Below are positions 36,599-46,542 of a stretch of DNA of 64,000 bases, piece after piece; the first letter of the stretch is position 1, and every line of letters begins with the position of its first letter. The position numbers and the translations under genes were made by a program. Below the pieces are notes generated by a model, which searched no databases, was not told the origin of the DNA, and saw only the letters and a program-made list of their open reading frames with translations. This DNA is from an uncultured Clostridia bacterium (GTDB lineage: Bacteria; Bacillota; Clostridia; TANB77; CAG-508), in assembly GCA_944392175.1 (NCBI GenBank), contig CALXVT010000004.1, forward strand, positions 10,016 to 74,015, in the 5' to 3' direction.

Positions 36599-37531
36599 TT
36601 AATTATTTTCATCATCTGGCTTTTTTTGTAATTCTGGTATATCTACTATTTCAGCTGTAACATCTTGAGAACCAGATTTTTCTTGAATTGTATTTCCTTT
36701 TGATGCTTCTGATGTTGATACATTTCCTTCAGTCTCTACTGTTTGTGAAGTAGAAACTCCAGCTACATGTTCATAGAATACAACAAGTGCTACATCAACA
36801 TATGGCAACAAGAAAATTTCTGCAACATAGATTGTAACAATATATAAGAAATCAATTCCTATACCTGCAAATATTGCTGGTAAGATTGAAGCTAATAATA
36901 CCCATCCGATAAAAGAAAGTCCTAAACAGAATAATTTACCAGAATTTCCATTCATAAGTTCGCCACTTTTGTTTACGCATTCAAGAGCAGGCATATTAGG
37001 ATTATCTACAGCAATATAAATTGATAATGCATATTTTAAACCTAATACAATAAAGAATCCTGCTGCAACAGCAACTAATATAATTGCTATAATTAAAAAG
37101 AATACTGATGCGCCTGTTACTGATGAACTTAATGAAACTAATCCAACTGCAGAAGTAAATACTGAAATTCCAATTACAATTAGTGCTACTATGTAAAGAA
37201 TTATTGGAACAATCATTTTAAGTAATAATCTTCCAGTAATGCACCAAGATCTACTGAAATTTTCAAAACCTTCTTTTAAGAAATCAACATATCCTACTTC
37301 TTGACCTCTTTTTATTTTCATAAATGTCATAGTAAGACCATATGTTATTGGTGGCATTATTACAAGTTCTCCTATAGATACTAATAAGCCTAATAAAGGT
37401 ATTGCAGTAAATATTCCTATTACAAAGATAATTGCTACATATATTAAAAGTATTAAAGCAGCTTTTCCCCAATTACCTTTTAATGCTTCACGAGCCTTTC
37501 TTCTGGCTTCTGATGCTGTTAAAGTAACCAT
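36599..37531 (-). CDS. DUF975-family membrane protein
   Basis: A..ALKG.WG, F..G...F...., S..LM.G...KLF.L.LSFIGW and PY......FY patterns. Confidence 0.88.
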   Translation of the reverse strand: MVTLTASEARRKAREALKGNWGKAALILLIYVAIIFVIGIFTAIPLLGLLVSIGELVIMPPITYGLTMTFMKIKRGQEVGYVDFLKEGFENFSRSWCITGRLLLKMIVPIILYIVALIVIGISVFTSAVGLVSLSSSVTGASVFFLIIAIILVAVAAGFFIVLGLKYALSIYIAVDNPNMPALECVNKSGELMNGNSGKLFCLGLSFIGWVLLASILPAIFAGIGIDFLYIVTIYVAEIFLLPYVDVALVVFYEHVAGVSTSQTVETEGNVSTSEASKGNTIQEKSGSQDVTAEIVDIPELQKKPDDENN

Positions 37532-37599
37532 ATAAAATTCCCCTCCTTAATAAAATATATAAATATATATGAAAAGTATGACTTTTCATTATATACAAA

Positions 37600-38628
37600 T
37601 TAAAATTTTTTTTGAATTGCTTCTATAGATGAAAAATCTTTATCTATTATGTCTAAAAATGCAATTCCGATTTCTGGATCAAATTGAGATCCTAAATTTT
37701 TTAATAATTCATCTTTTACAATATTCATATCTAAAGAGTCTCTATAACTTCTTTTAGATGTCATTGCATCAAAGCTGTCACAAACTGCTACAATTCGTGC
37801 AAGATAAGGAATATTATTTCCTGACATTTTATCCGGATAACCATTTCCATCAAATCTTTCATGATGATGTTTTACTATATCTAAAATATTTTTAAACATT
37901 GAAGCATGCTCCAAAATATTATAACCGATTACCGGATGTTCTTTTATTTTATTATATTCTTCATCAGTTAGTTTACCTTCTTTTAAAAGTATACTATCAG
38001 GGATTCCTATTTTTCCAATATCGTGAAATAGTCCGCCAACTCGTAAAGTATCAATATCTTCGTCAGGTAAATTTAATTTTTTACCAAGTAAAACAGAATA
38101 TTCAGAAACTCTGTCAGAATGTCCTTTTGTATATGGATCTTTTGCTTCAACAGTATGACGTAAAATCTCTATACTTTCTAAATAAGCATTTTCTAGTTCA
38201 TGGTTTATATCATTTATTGTTTTCATTTGTTCAACTGATTTTAAACCAGATTCTATTAATAAAAGTAATTGGTCAAATTTATCGCTTTTTTCACAATATC
38301 CTTGAATATCTAGTTTATGAATTGTTTCTAATGGTGGAGCTAAATCTTTATGACCTGTAAGTAATAAAATATACAAATCTTTATTAAATTTACGAATTTC
38401 TTCTACTACTTTATCTCCATGAATAGGTTCCATTATAAAGTCTAATACCATTAAATCAAAATGTTCTTGCTTAACTCTTTCTATAGCTTCTAAAGGAGAA
38501 GTTATTCCAACAAAATCATAACCAGATCGTTTCATAAAAATAGATAAGGAATCTAGAATACCTTGTTCGTCATCTACGGCAATTACTTTAAAACCGGATT
38601 TTTGTGCAGAAACCATATTCTTTCTCAT
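37600..38628 (-). CDS. response regulator with HD-GYP (cyclic-dinucleotide phosphodiesterase) output domain
   Basis: REC domain (VDDE, LD, LTG, EK); HDIGKIG, HHER.DG.GYP and DSFDAMTS.R.YR. GAGG SD favours ATG 38628; the longer track ORF start is implausible. Confidence 0.92.
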   Translation of the reverse strand: MRKNMVSAQKSGFKVIAVDDEQGILDSLSIFMKRSGYDFVGITSPLEAIERVKQEHFDLMVLDFIMEPIHGDKVVEEIRKFNKDLYILLLTGHKDLAPPLETIHKLDIQGYCEKSDKFDQLLLLIESGLKSVEQMKTINDINHELENAYLESIEILRHTVEAKDPYTKGHSDRVSEYSVLLGKKLNLPDEDIDTLRVGGLFHDIGKIGIPDSILLKEGKLTDEEYNKIKEHPVIGYNILEHASMFKNILDIVKHHHERFDGNGYPDKMSGNNIPYLARIVAVCDSFDAMTSKRSYRDSLDMNIVKDELLKNLGSQFDPEIGIAFLDIIDKDFSSIEAIQKKF

Positions 38629-38652
38629 AATAGCGACCTCCTTAATATAAAA

Positions 38653-38681
38653 ATTATATAAATAAAAAAATATAAAAGCAA
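38653..38681 (-). promoter_or_regulatory. sigma-A promoter of the REC/HD-GYP gene
   Basis: TTGCTT-N17-TATAAT on the minus strand. Confidence 0.65.
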
Positions 38682-38721
38682 TAAAAATACTAAAAAAGTA
38701 ATAAAAATGTAAAATACAATT

Positions 38722-38750
38722 AAAAAATCGTAAAATCTGACGATTTTTCC
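38722..38750 (-). terminator. terminator-like hairpin after the histidine kinase, partly homologous to the dispersed repeat
   Basis: Minus strand AAAAATCGT-CAGATTTT-ACGATTTTTT; GGAAAAATCGTCAGATTTT matches 6177-6195 at 18/19. Confidence 0.55.
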
Positions 38751-38776
38751 ATATATAAAAAGAAAGCAGATAAGTT

Positions 38777-40789
38777 TTACTTATCTGTTTTAGGTAAATC
38801 TTTAGGTAATGGAATTGAAATTGTAAATGTAGTTCCATTATTATTAGATTCACATGTTATATTTCCATTAAAGTGAGCTTTTATTGTTGAGTATGATATA
38901 AATAGTCCAAGTCCTGTTCCGTTTTTTCCTTTTGTTGTAATCATTTCTTTAAATAGTTTATCCTGAACTTCTTTACTCATACCTGGTCCATAATCTTTAA
39001 TTTCTATTAGTACATTATTATCTTTAGTTTTTAATGTTAAATCAATTGCTTGATTAGGATTTCCTTCATATGCTTGAATTGAATTTGAAATCATGTTATT
39101 TACAACTTGTACTAAACTATTAACATCACCATTTAGATATACATTTGAAGGGACGTAATTATTAATATTAAGTGTTACTAATGCATTTTTTAATTCATGT
39201 TTCATTAATATATTAATACTTTTTAATAATTCATCCATATAAAAATGTATATTATTATTAGATGAAAAGTTTACAGCTTGTCCTTTAACTGCTGTTATAA
39301 CATCTGACATATATTCTGTATAATTTTTAATTTTTTCTATCCAATCTGTCATATCTTTTGCAATATCATGATGATCTTGTTCTGTTACATCTTTATCTCC
39401 AATAGATGTATCATATTCTTTAACTAGGTCTGATAATCCTTCTGCCGCACCAGAAATTGACATTATAGGTGTTTTTAAATTGTGTGCAATTCCTCCAATT
39501 AATTGACCAAGTGATGCTAAACGCTCTCTTTCCATTAATGTTTCTTGGTTAGATTTAATTGTTTGAATATATTCTTTTGTTTTATCTTGGACTTTATTAA
39601 AAGCAATTGTTAAATCACCAAATTCATCATTTGAGATAACAGGTAATTTTTCGATATATCCTAATTTTGAATTATTATAAATATAGTTTAAACCATTAGT
39701 AACTCTGTTAATATCTGTTGTAATAGAAGTTGAAAAATAATGTAATAATAATCCAACAATTACTAATAAAATACCACAGGTAATTCCTAAAAAGTATATA
39801 GTTTCTATAGAAGAAATGCTATATGAAATTCCAACATAGCAAATTCCTTCTGTAGAATTTAATTTTATAGTGGCACCTTGTGTATCTATTCCATAACTAT
39901 CATAAGTTCTGCCATTGTAATTAGAAGATAATTCTCTAGTATATGCTACTAAAAAATTACTTGGTGCATCACCAGAAACAGTTATAACTTTATCTTCAAA
40001 GATAATAAATCTGGAACTATCTGAACTATATAGTTCTATATTAGATAAAATATCTTTAATTTCATCAACTTCGTATGTTTCGTTAATATCAAAATTATTA
40101 TTTAAACTTGCATTATATAAAGTAAAGAATATATCTTCTTTTTCTTTTACACTTCTAGAATATCCCATAAAAGAAGTAAGAAGAAGGACACTTACAAATA
40201 AAGGCATTATTTGTAAAACTATTTTTTTTCTTAAATTTACACGTATTCCTAAATCAGAACCTTCTTTATATGTACTAGCAAGTATTTCAGCATATATATT
40301 TTTAGAAAATATATATGTGAATGTTGCAAGCAAAAATGCAAGTGAAAGTGTAAGTACAAATATTTTTAATACCATAATTCCATGATGACTACCAGTAAGG
40401 AGAACTACTCCAAGGATTCCTAATGTAGGAAGAAATAATTCGATTATATAAATGATATAAGGTATATTAAAACATTTTTTCCTTATCTTTTCTATAGTAT
40501 TTTTTTCTTTTCTTTTATCTTTATTAGTATACCAATTATCTACATCACGAAGACATAATTTAGTTGATATAAATATAATTAATAATATTACAAAACCAAT
40601 AATGGTTAACTGTTGTGCATAAGAGATATAAGACATTTTTATGTCAAATGGTGTATTAATTGAACCAGGTGCATAATTTAATAATGTTGGTATTAATACT
40701 GCACAAACAAGCAAAAATATAAATGCAATAAAACAATATCTTAATACTATTCTTGACGTAGGTTTTTTAAAAATAAATCTTTTTTTCAT
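38777..40789 (-). CDS. membrane sensor histidine kinase (about 6 TM, HAMP, HisKA, HATPase)
   Basis: Five N-terminal hydrophobic segments, a ~110-aa loop, a sixth TM, DEFGDL..AFN (HAMP), IAHNLKTP (H-box), N-box, D.GPG and GTGLGL. Confidence 0.92.
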   Translation of the reverse strand: MKKRFIFKKPTSRIVLRYCFIAFIFLLVCAVLIPTLLNYAPGSINTPFDIKMSYISYAQQLTIIGFVILLIIFISTKLCLRDVDNWYTNKDKRKEKNTIEKIRKKCFNIPYIIYIIELFLPTLGILGVVLLTGSHHGIMVLKIFVLTLSLAFLLATFTYIFSKNIYAEILASTYKEGSDLGIRVNLRKKIVLQIMPLFVSVLLLTSFMGYSRSVKEKEDIFFTLYNASLNNNFDINETYEVDEIKDILSNIELYSSDSSRFIIFEDKVITVSGDAPSNFLVAYTRELSSNYNGRTYDSYGIDTQGATIKLNSTEGICYVGISYSISSIETIYFLGITCGILLVIVGLLLHYFSTSITTDINRVTNGLNYIYNNSKLGYIEKLPVISNDEFGDLTIAFNKVQDKTKEYIQTIKSNQETLMERERLASLGQLIGGIAHNLKTPIMSISGAAEGLSDLVKEYDTSIGDKDVTEQDHHDIAKDMTDWIEKIKNYTEYMSDVITAVKGQAVNFSSNNNIHFYMDELLKSINILMKHELKNALVTLNINNYVPSNVYLNGDVNSLVQVVNNMISNSIQAYEGNPNQAIDLTLKTKDNNVLIEIKDYGPGMSKEVQDKLFKEMITTKGKNGTGLGLFISYSTIKAHFNGNITCESNNNGTTFTISIPLPKDLPKTDK

Positions 40790-40808
40790 ATAAATTACAT
40801 CCTTTGTA

Positions 40809-43800
40809 CTATATAAATTTTACTTTTTTCATATATTTAAATATTTTAGTTAAATAATCTTTATCTAATTCTGGCCATTTAAAATCTAAAAGATTTAAAT
40901 ATTTTTTTGTAAATTCTGAAGATATATCAACAGAGAAATTATAGTTTAATACTTCGTCAGAATTATCAAAAGATATATCATTAATTATTCCTTTTAATTG
41001 ATTAGAATTTTCACTGCTATTTGCTACTTTTAAAATGTATTCTTTAAAAGTTTCGTCATCCATAGGAGTTATATTATAATTAAAGTCTTTTAAAACATTT
41101 ATAATATCTTTTATATTCACTAAATTATCATTATACAAATGGAATACTTTATTTTCAGCAGTTTGAGTCTCTGCTAATAAAACAATTGCTTTAGCACATA
41201 AATCCACTGGTGTGAATTCTATATGCTGTTCTAAATTTGTATATGATAAATGTTTTAATTCTATTAAAGATTTAATTCTACTATAAAAAGCATTTGCTGT
41301 TATATTCTTTTGGAAAACTCCATCAGAATATCTTCCTGATAAAATTCCTATTCTTAAAACTTCTGCAGTTAAGCCTTTTTCCATAAAAGAGTAAACAACT
41401 TTTTCAGCATCAAATTTACTATTTACATAAACATTTTTTGTATAATGTTGACCAATATATAAATCATTTTCAGTAAATGCTACATTATGGTTATCTTGTT
41501 TTACAAGATAATTACCTGAAACACTGATAGAAGATATATGTATTAAGCGTTTTTTATTTGCATATGCAAAACTTGCGATTCTTCTTGTACCATCAATATT
41601 TGAGTCCTTAAATTGTTCAAAATCACCATAATGTTTAACAATTGCTGCTGTATGAATAATAGTTTTTGTATTAGAAGTTATCATGTCTAGATCTTCTTGT
41701 GACAAATTAAAATTATCATATATAATTTCTCCATTAAAAACATAAATTCTGTCATTAAAATATTCTGAAATATCCTTATTAAAGTAGAATTCGTAACTTT
41801 CTTTTAATCTAGAAAGTGCATGTACTTTACTTGTACCTCTTACAAAACAATAAATCTTTATATTAGTTGTTTCCAAAAGTTCATGTAAAACATGAACTCC
41901 AATAAATCCATTAGCTCCTGTAAGTAAAACATTACCCAAAGTTTTTTGATCTGTACATACTTTAATATTATCTATTTCAGTTTCTGTATGTTTAAATGAT
42001 TCTGGAATTTGGAAATTCATCTCTGTATAATATTCTTCGTGAGTATCGATTCTTTTAGCAAGTCTTTTTATTGTAGGATATCTATAAAAAGTTTGAGTAG
42101 TTAAATTTAAGTTATAGTGCAATAAAGATGTTTGAAGTTCTATTATTCCAAGAGAATCAATTCCCAAAGATAAAAACGGAGTATTAATGTCCAAATTATC
42201 TGTTTTTAAGATTTTTTCTAGTATAGAAGAAATCAATTTTTCAGTATTAGTTTGTGCAAGTTCTATATTAGTATTTGTATTTTCGTCTATTGGAGGTAAT
42301 GCTTTTCTGTTAATTTTTCCATTAGGAGTTAATGGAATTTTATCAATCCTTTTAAAATAAGCAGGAATCATATAATTAGGTAAATATTTAAGTAAAAAAG
42401 ATATTAATTTTGAAGGATTAATTTGTTCATCTGCAACATAATAGCAATATAAATATTTATTGTTTTTATTTGGAATAACGACAGTATGTTTTATTCCTGG
42501 AAAACGAATAATTTTATTTTCTATTTCTTCAACTTCAATTCTATAACCACGGATTTTTACTTGAAAATCTGTTCTTCCTAAATGCACAATATCTCCATCA
42601 GGAGTATAATATGCTAAATCATTTGTATTATATATTTTTTCATTTCCTTTAAATGGTGAAGGAATAAACTTTTCTTCAGTTAAATCCTCTCTTCCTAAAT
42701 AACCATTTGTAACTCCATCTCCACCTATATATAGTTCTCCAGGACAGTAATATGGTAATGGTTTTAAATTTTTATCTAAAATATAACACTGTGTATTTGC
42801 AATAGGTTTACCAACAGAAATAAGATTAGTATTTGTTAAATCTTTTAAAGTTGACCATATTGTAGTTTCTGTTGGCCCATATACATTTATAATGGTAGCA
42901 TTTGAAAGTTCTTTGAATTTTGCAAGTAAGTTTTTAGGTAAAGATTCACCACCAACCAAGATATCTGTTATATTATTTAAAAATTCTAAATTAGTTTCTT
43001 TGCTAAGTAATGCAGAATAACGAGAAGGTGTAGTTTGAATAATATTAACATTATTTTCTAAACAAAGTTTATTTAAAGAAACTACATCATTTTGTTCTTC
43101 TTCATCTGCTAAAACTAGAGTTAATCCATAACATAAAGAACACCATAATTCTAATCCAAAAATATCAAAACAAATAGTTGTTAGAGATACACATACTTTA
43201 TTTGGATTAAAATCAATTGCTTGCTTCATACCTAAAATAAAATTGTGTAAGTTTCTATGTGTAATCATTACACCTTTAGGATTACCAGTAGAACCTGATG
43301 TATAAATAAGATATACTAAAGACTTTGGAGAAATATTCACATTTAAATTTTCTGTATCTCTTATATCTAATTTATAAGTACTATTAAATAAATCTATATT
43401 TATATGGTCATGTTTTACAGGAATATATTCTTCTGTAAGATTATTGGTAACTACTACTTTAGTTTTACTATTTTCTAACATGTAAGTAATTCGTTCTTGT
43501 GGATATTCTGGATCAATAGGCATATAGTTTGCACCACACTTTAGTATAGCAAGTATTGCAATAATTAAATTTGAAGAACGATTTAATATAATTCCAATAG
43601 TATCATTAGGTTTTACATTATGCTTATTCTTTAAGAAATTGGCAAAAATATTTGCAGAACTATTTAATTCTTTATATGTTAAAGATTTCCCATTACTAAC
43701 TAAAGCAATTTTATCAGGTGTATTTTTTACTTGTTTTTCAAATAGACTTATTACATTTGAATTTATGTCATATTCTAAATCAGTTTTATTAAAATCTATT

Positions 43801-45125
43801 AATATTTTTTCTTTTTCTTCAGGTGTAAGAATTTCTATATCTTTTAATAATAAAGCAGAATTATTTAATACTTGATTTATTATATAAATAATTCTATTAT
43901 GCATAAAATTAATATCAGATGATTGATACATATCTGTTTGATAATCATATGCAATATTTAGATTTCCAGTATCATTTAAATCAAATAATTGAATATTCAA
44001 AGGATCTGAACAATTTCCATTAAAAGACCATGTTGTATTATAATTAATGCCTTCTTCATTAGATTGAGTGTTAGTTATTTGATAAGAAATTAGTACATTA
44101 TATAAATTTGGGATTTCTGTATCATTTTCCCTTAAATAATCCAATATTTTAGAATAAGGATATTGCTGATGTCTAAGCATTGATAAAGAATTTTTTCCAA
44201 TTATGCTACAAAATTCAGCAAAAGAAATATTATTATTAATTTCAAATCTAAATGGAGCAGTACTTATGAACATACCACAAGTACGTTTTGCATTAAAATT
44301 ATTTCTATTTAAAATAGGTGTACCAACTACAAAATCTTCAGTTTTACATACTCTACTTAAATAAAGACCAAAGACTGCCATAAAGAAATTAAATTCTGAA
44401 ACTTTGTTATTCTTACAAAAATTACGAATATCATTTATTAATGATTTATCTACAGTAAAAACTATTCTATTAGCTTTGCTAGAGTTTGTTATATTTGTAT
44501 TATTAATTGATTTAGGAATAGTTATAGGTTCTGGTAAAGTCTTAAATAAATTTTCCCAATATTCTTTATCTTTAGTAAATCTATTACTTTCCATATAAGA
44601 TTGTTCAGAATTAATATAATCTAAATAAGTATTCTCATAAGATAATAATGGTAAATTTCTTTTTAGATTAGAATAATTCTTGATTATTTCATTGCAAACA
44701 AGACCCAATGTCCAAGAATCAGAAATTAAGTGATGTATAATTAAAGTAAAAGCTGAAAAACCATTAGGAAACCTAAAAATATAGAAATTAAATAAATTTT
44801 TGTTATAAATATCAAAAGGGATACTAATTTTGTTATTTATATATTCGGAATATTCTTCCTTAGAATTAACATCAACTATAGGTACATCATACTCCATTAC
44901 TTTATAATATTGTTTTGGTTCGTTTTTTTCTAAAGTGATTTTTAAATGAAAACTATAATTATTATTTACTATGTGACAGATAGACTCTTTTAGTAAAGAA
45001 AAATCTGTAACTTCATTTACAAAAGCTGTGCCACAAATAGTATTTAAAGAAGAGTTGTTATAAAACTTTTCCAAATACCAAATATTTTTTTGTGGGTTTG
45101 TCAAATTTAGTAATTTTTCTTCCAT
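40809..45125 (-). CDS. single-module NRPS: condensation - adenylation (Gly code) - PCP - terminal reductase
   Basis: HHLISD (C domain); YTSGSTGNPKG, YGPTE, TGD-like TND, NGK (A domain); GIDSL (PCP serine); TGANGFIG and Y..SK (SDR-type reductase). Confidence 0.92.
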   Translation of the reverse strand: MEEKLLNLTNPQKNIWYLEKFYNNSSLNTICGTAFVNEVTDFSLLKESICHIVNNNYSFHLKITLEKNEPKQYYKVMEYDVPIVDVNSKEEYSEYINNKISIPFDIYNKNLFNFYIFRFPNGFSAFTLIIHHLISDSWTLGLVCNEIIKNYSNLKRNLPLLSYENTYLDYINSEQSYMESNRFTKDKEYWENLFKTLPEPITIPKSINNTNITNSSKANRIVFTVDKSLINDIRNFCKNNKVSEFNFFMAVFGLYLSRVCKTEDFVVGTPILNRNNFNAKRTCGMFISTAPFRFEINNNISFAEFCSIIGKNSLSMLRHQQYPYSKILDYLRENDTEIPNLYNVLISYQITNTQSNEEGINYNTTWSFNGNCSDPLNIQLFDLNDTGNLNIAYDYQTDMYQSSDINFMHNRIIYIINQVLNNSALLLKDIEILTPEEKEKILIDFNKTDLEYDINSNVISLFEKQVKNTPDKIALVSNGKSLTYKELNSSANIFANFLKNKHNVKPNDTIGIILNRSSNLIIAILAILKCGANYMPIDPEYPQERITYMLENSKTKVVVTNNLTEEYIPVKHDHINIDLFNSTYKLDIRDTENLNVNISPKSLVYLIYTSGSTGNPKGVMITHRNLHNFILGMKQAIDFNPNKVCVSLTTICFDIFGLELWCSLCYGLTLVLADEEEQNDVVSLNKLCLENNVNIIQTTPSRYSALLSKETNLEFLNNITDILVGGESLPKNLLAKFKELSNATIINVYGPTETTIWSTLKDLTNTNLISVGKPIANTQCYILDKNLKPLPYYCPGELYIGGDGVTNGYLGREDLTEEKFIPSPFKGNEKIYNTNDLAYYTPDGDIVHLGRTDFQVKIRGYRIEVEEIENKIIRFPGIKHTVVIPNKNNKYLYCYYVADEQINPSKLISFLLKYLPNYMIPAYFKRIDKIPLTPNGKINRKALPPIDENTNTNIELAQTNTEKLISSILEKILKTDNLDINTPFLSLGIDSLGIIELQTSLLHYNLNLTTQTFYRYPTIKRLAKRIDTHEEYYTEMNFQIPESFKHTETEIDNIKVCTDQKTLGNVLLTGANGFIGVHVLHELLETTNIKIYCFVRGTSKVHALSRLKESYEFYFNKDISEYFNDRIYVFNGEIIYDNFNLSQEDLDMITSNTKTIIHTAAIVKHYGDFEQFKDSNIDGTRRIASFAYANKKRLIHISSISVSGNYLVKQDNHNVAFTENDLYIGQHYTKNVYVNSKFDAEKVVYSFMEKGLTAEVLRIGILSGRYSDGVFQKNITANAFYSRIKSLIELKHLSYTNLEQHIEFTPVDLCAKAIVLLAETQTAENKVFHLYNDNLVNIKDIINVLKDFNYNITPMDDETFKEYILKVANSSENSNQLKGIINDISFDNSDEVLNYNFSVDISSEFTKKYLNLLDFKWPELDKDYLTKIFKYMKKVKFI

Positions 45126-45311
45126 GACTGTAATCTCCTTTTATTTTAAAACTATAGTTATTTTTACCTATCTAATTTAGCCTAATTATATATATAAAAT
45201 ATTAAAAATTTCAATAGAAATAAAAAAATAGTTAAGGATAATATGAATAAATGATTAAAAAATCCTCTTTTGGAAAATATAAGAATATAGAGTTTCCAAA
45301 GGAGGTTTTTT

Positions 45312-46439
45312 ATGCATCATTATCACAAAATTAAAGAGAAACATACAAAAAGAAATTTGTTTATTGCATTTTTAATTATCATAACAATAATATTGGTAGC
45401 ATCACTTATAAGATTGTATAATAGAATAGATATTTCAAAAACTAATGAAGAAGTAAAAGTAGAAAGAACTGGAACAAGTGTAACTAGTGTAGAAGAAAAG
45501 GACGAAACCATAGAGAAAATTATAGAAGAAACAAATCATTGTGTAGTAGGAATTTCTAAAATAGAAGAGGTTGGAGATTCAATTTTTTCTGAAGATGCAA
45601 TAGAAAAATTAGGACTTGGAACAGGAATTATAGTCTCAAGTAAAGGATATATAGCAACAAATATGCATGTATCTGGTGATAAATATAGTAATTGCTATGT
45701 AACATTGGAAAATGGAAATACTTATAAAGCAGATGTAGTATGGGCAAATAATACATTAGATTTAAGTATTATCAAAATTAATTTGGAAGGATTAAATTAT
45801 ATTAAATTAGGAGATTCAAGTAACGTTAAAACCGGTCAAACAGTTTATGCAATAGGAAATCCAATAGGATATGAATTTCAAAGAACTGTAACTTCTGGAA
45901 TTATAAGTGCAGAAAGTAGAACATTAAAATTTAAAGAAAATAATAAAGAAGTCTTAATGACAGATTTAATTCAAACAGATGCCACTATAAATCCAGGAAA
46001 TAGTGGAGGACCACTAATAAATACAGATGGAGAAGTAATTGGAATAAATTCTTTAAAGATAGATTCAGCAGAAGGAATTGGATTTGCTGTTCCTATAAAT
46101 ATTATTAAACCAATTATAGAAAAATTTGATAAAACGGGAAAATTTGAAGAACCAACAATTGGAGTTTCTGGGTATGATAAAAATGTTATTCCATATATAG
46201 ATAAAGAGATATCTATAAATAGTGGAGTATATGTAGAAAACATAACCAAAGGTAGTCCGGCAGAACAAAATGGAATAATAAAAGGTGATATAATAATGAA
46301 AATGGATGAAAAAGAAATTAATACAATGAATGAATTAATAGAAAATGTATATTCAAAGAATCCAGATGATGAAATAAGTTTAACAATTAATAGAAGTGGT
46401 TTAACAAAAGTTATAAAATTGAAATTGGGAAGGAAATGA
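45312..46439 (+). CDS. htrA: HtrA/DegP-family serine protease with PDZ domain
   Basis: N-terminal TM, TNMHV, DLSIIK, QTDATINPGNSGGPL, C-terminal PDZ. Confidence 0.92.
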   Translation: MHHYHKIKEKHTKRNLFIAFLIIITIILVASLIRLYNRIDISKTNEEVKVERTGTSVTSVEEKDETIEKIIEETNHCVVGISKIEEVGDSIFSEDAIEKLGLGTGIIVSSKGYIATNMHVSGDKYSNCYVTLENGNTYKADVVWANNTLDLSIIKINLEGLNYIKLGDSSNVKTGQTVYAIGNPIGYEFQRTVTSGIISAESRTLKFKENNKEVLMTDLIQTDATINPGNSGGPLINTDGEVIGINSLKIDSAEGIGFAVPINIIKPIIEKFDKTGKFEEPTIGVSGYDKNVIPYIDKEISINSGVYVENITKGSPAEQNGIIKGDIIMKMDEKEINTMNELIENVYSKNPDDEISLTINRSGLTKVIKLKLGRK

Positions 46440-46456
46440 TGTCGAAAAATGACGAA
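46440..46456 (+). promoter_or_regulatory. two tandem Spo0A-box matches (TGNCGAA)
   Basis: TGTCGAA at 46440 and TGACGAA at 46450, 10 bp apart, intergenic. Confidence 0.45.
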
Positions 46457-46542
46457 TTATATCGAGTTAATATTCTTGTAAAAACATGGCAAATGTGTTT
46501 TAATAAAGCAGATATCAAAATCTAAAAAAAGGACGAAGAAAA

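Noticed and set aside
37600-38853. 417-aa version of the response regulator in the ORF track
   Set aside because: The first 75 residues are low-complexity, overlap the kinase stop, a terminator and a promoter; the SD-supported start is 38628.
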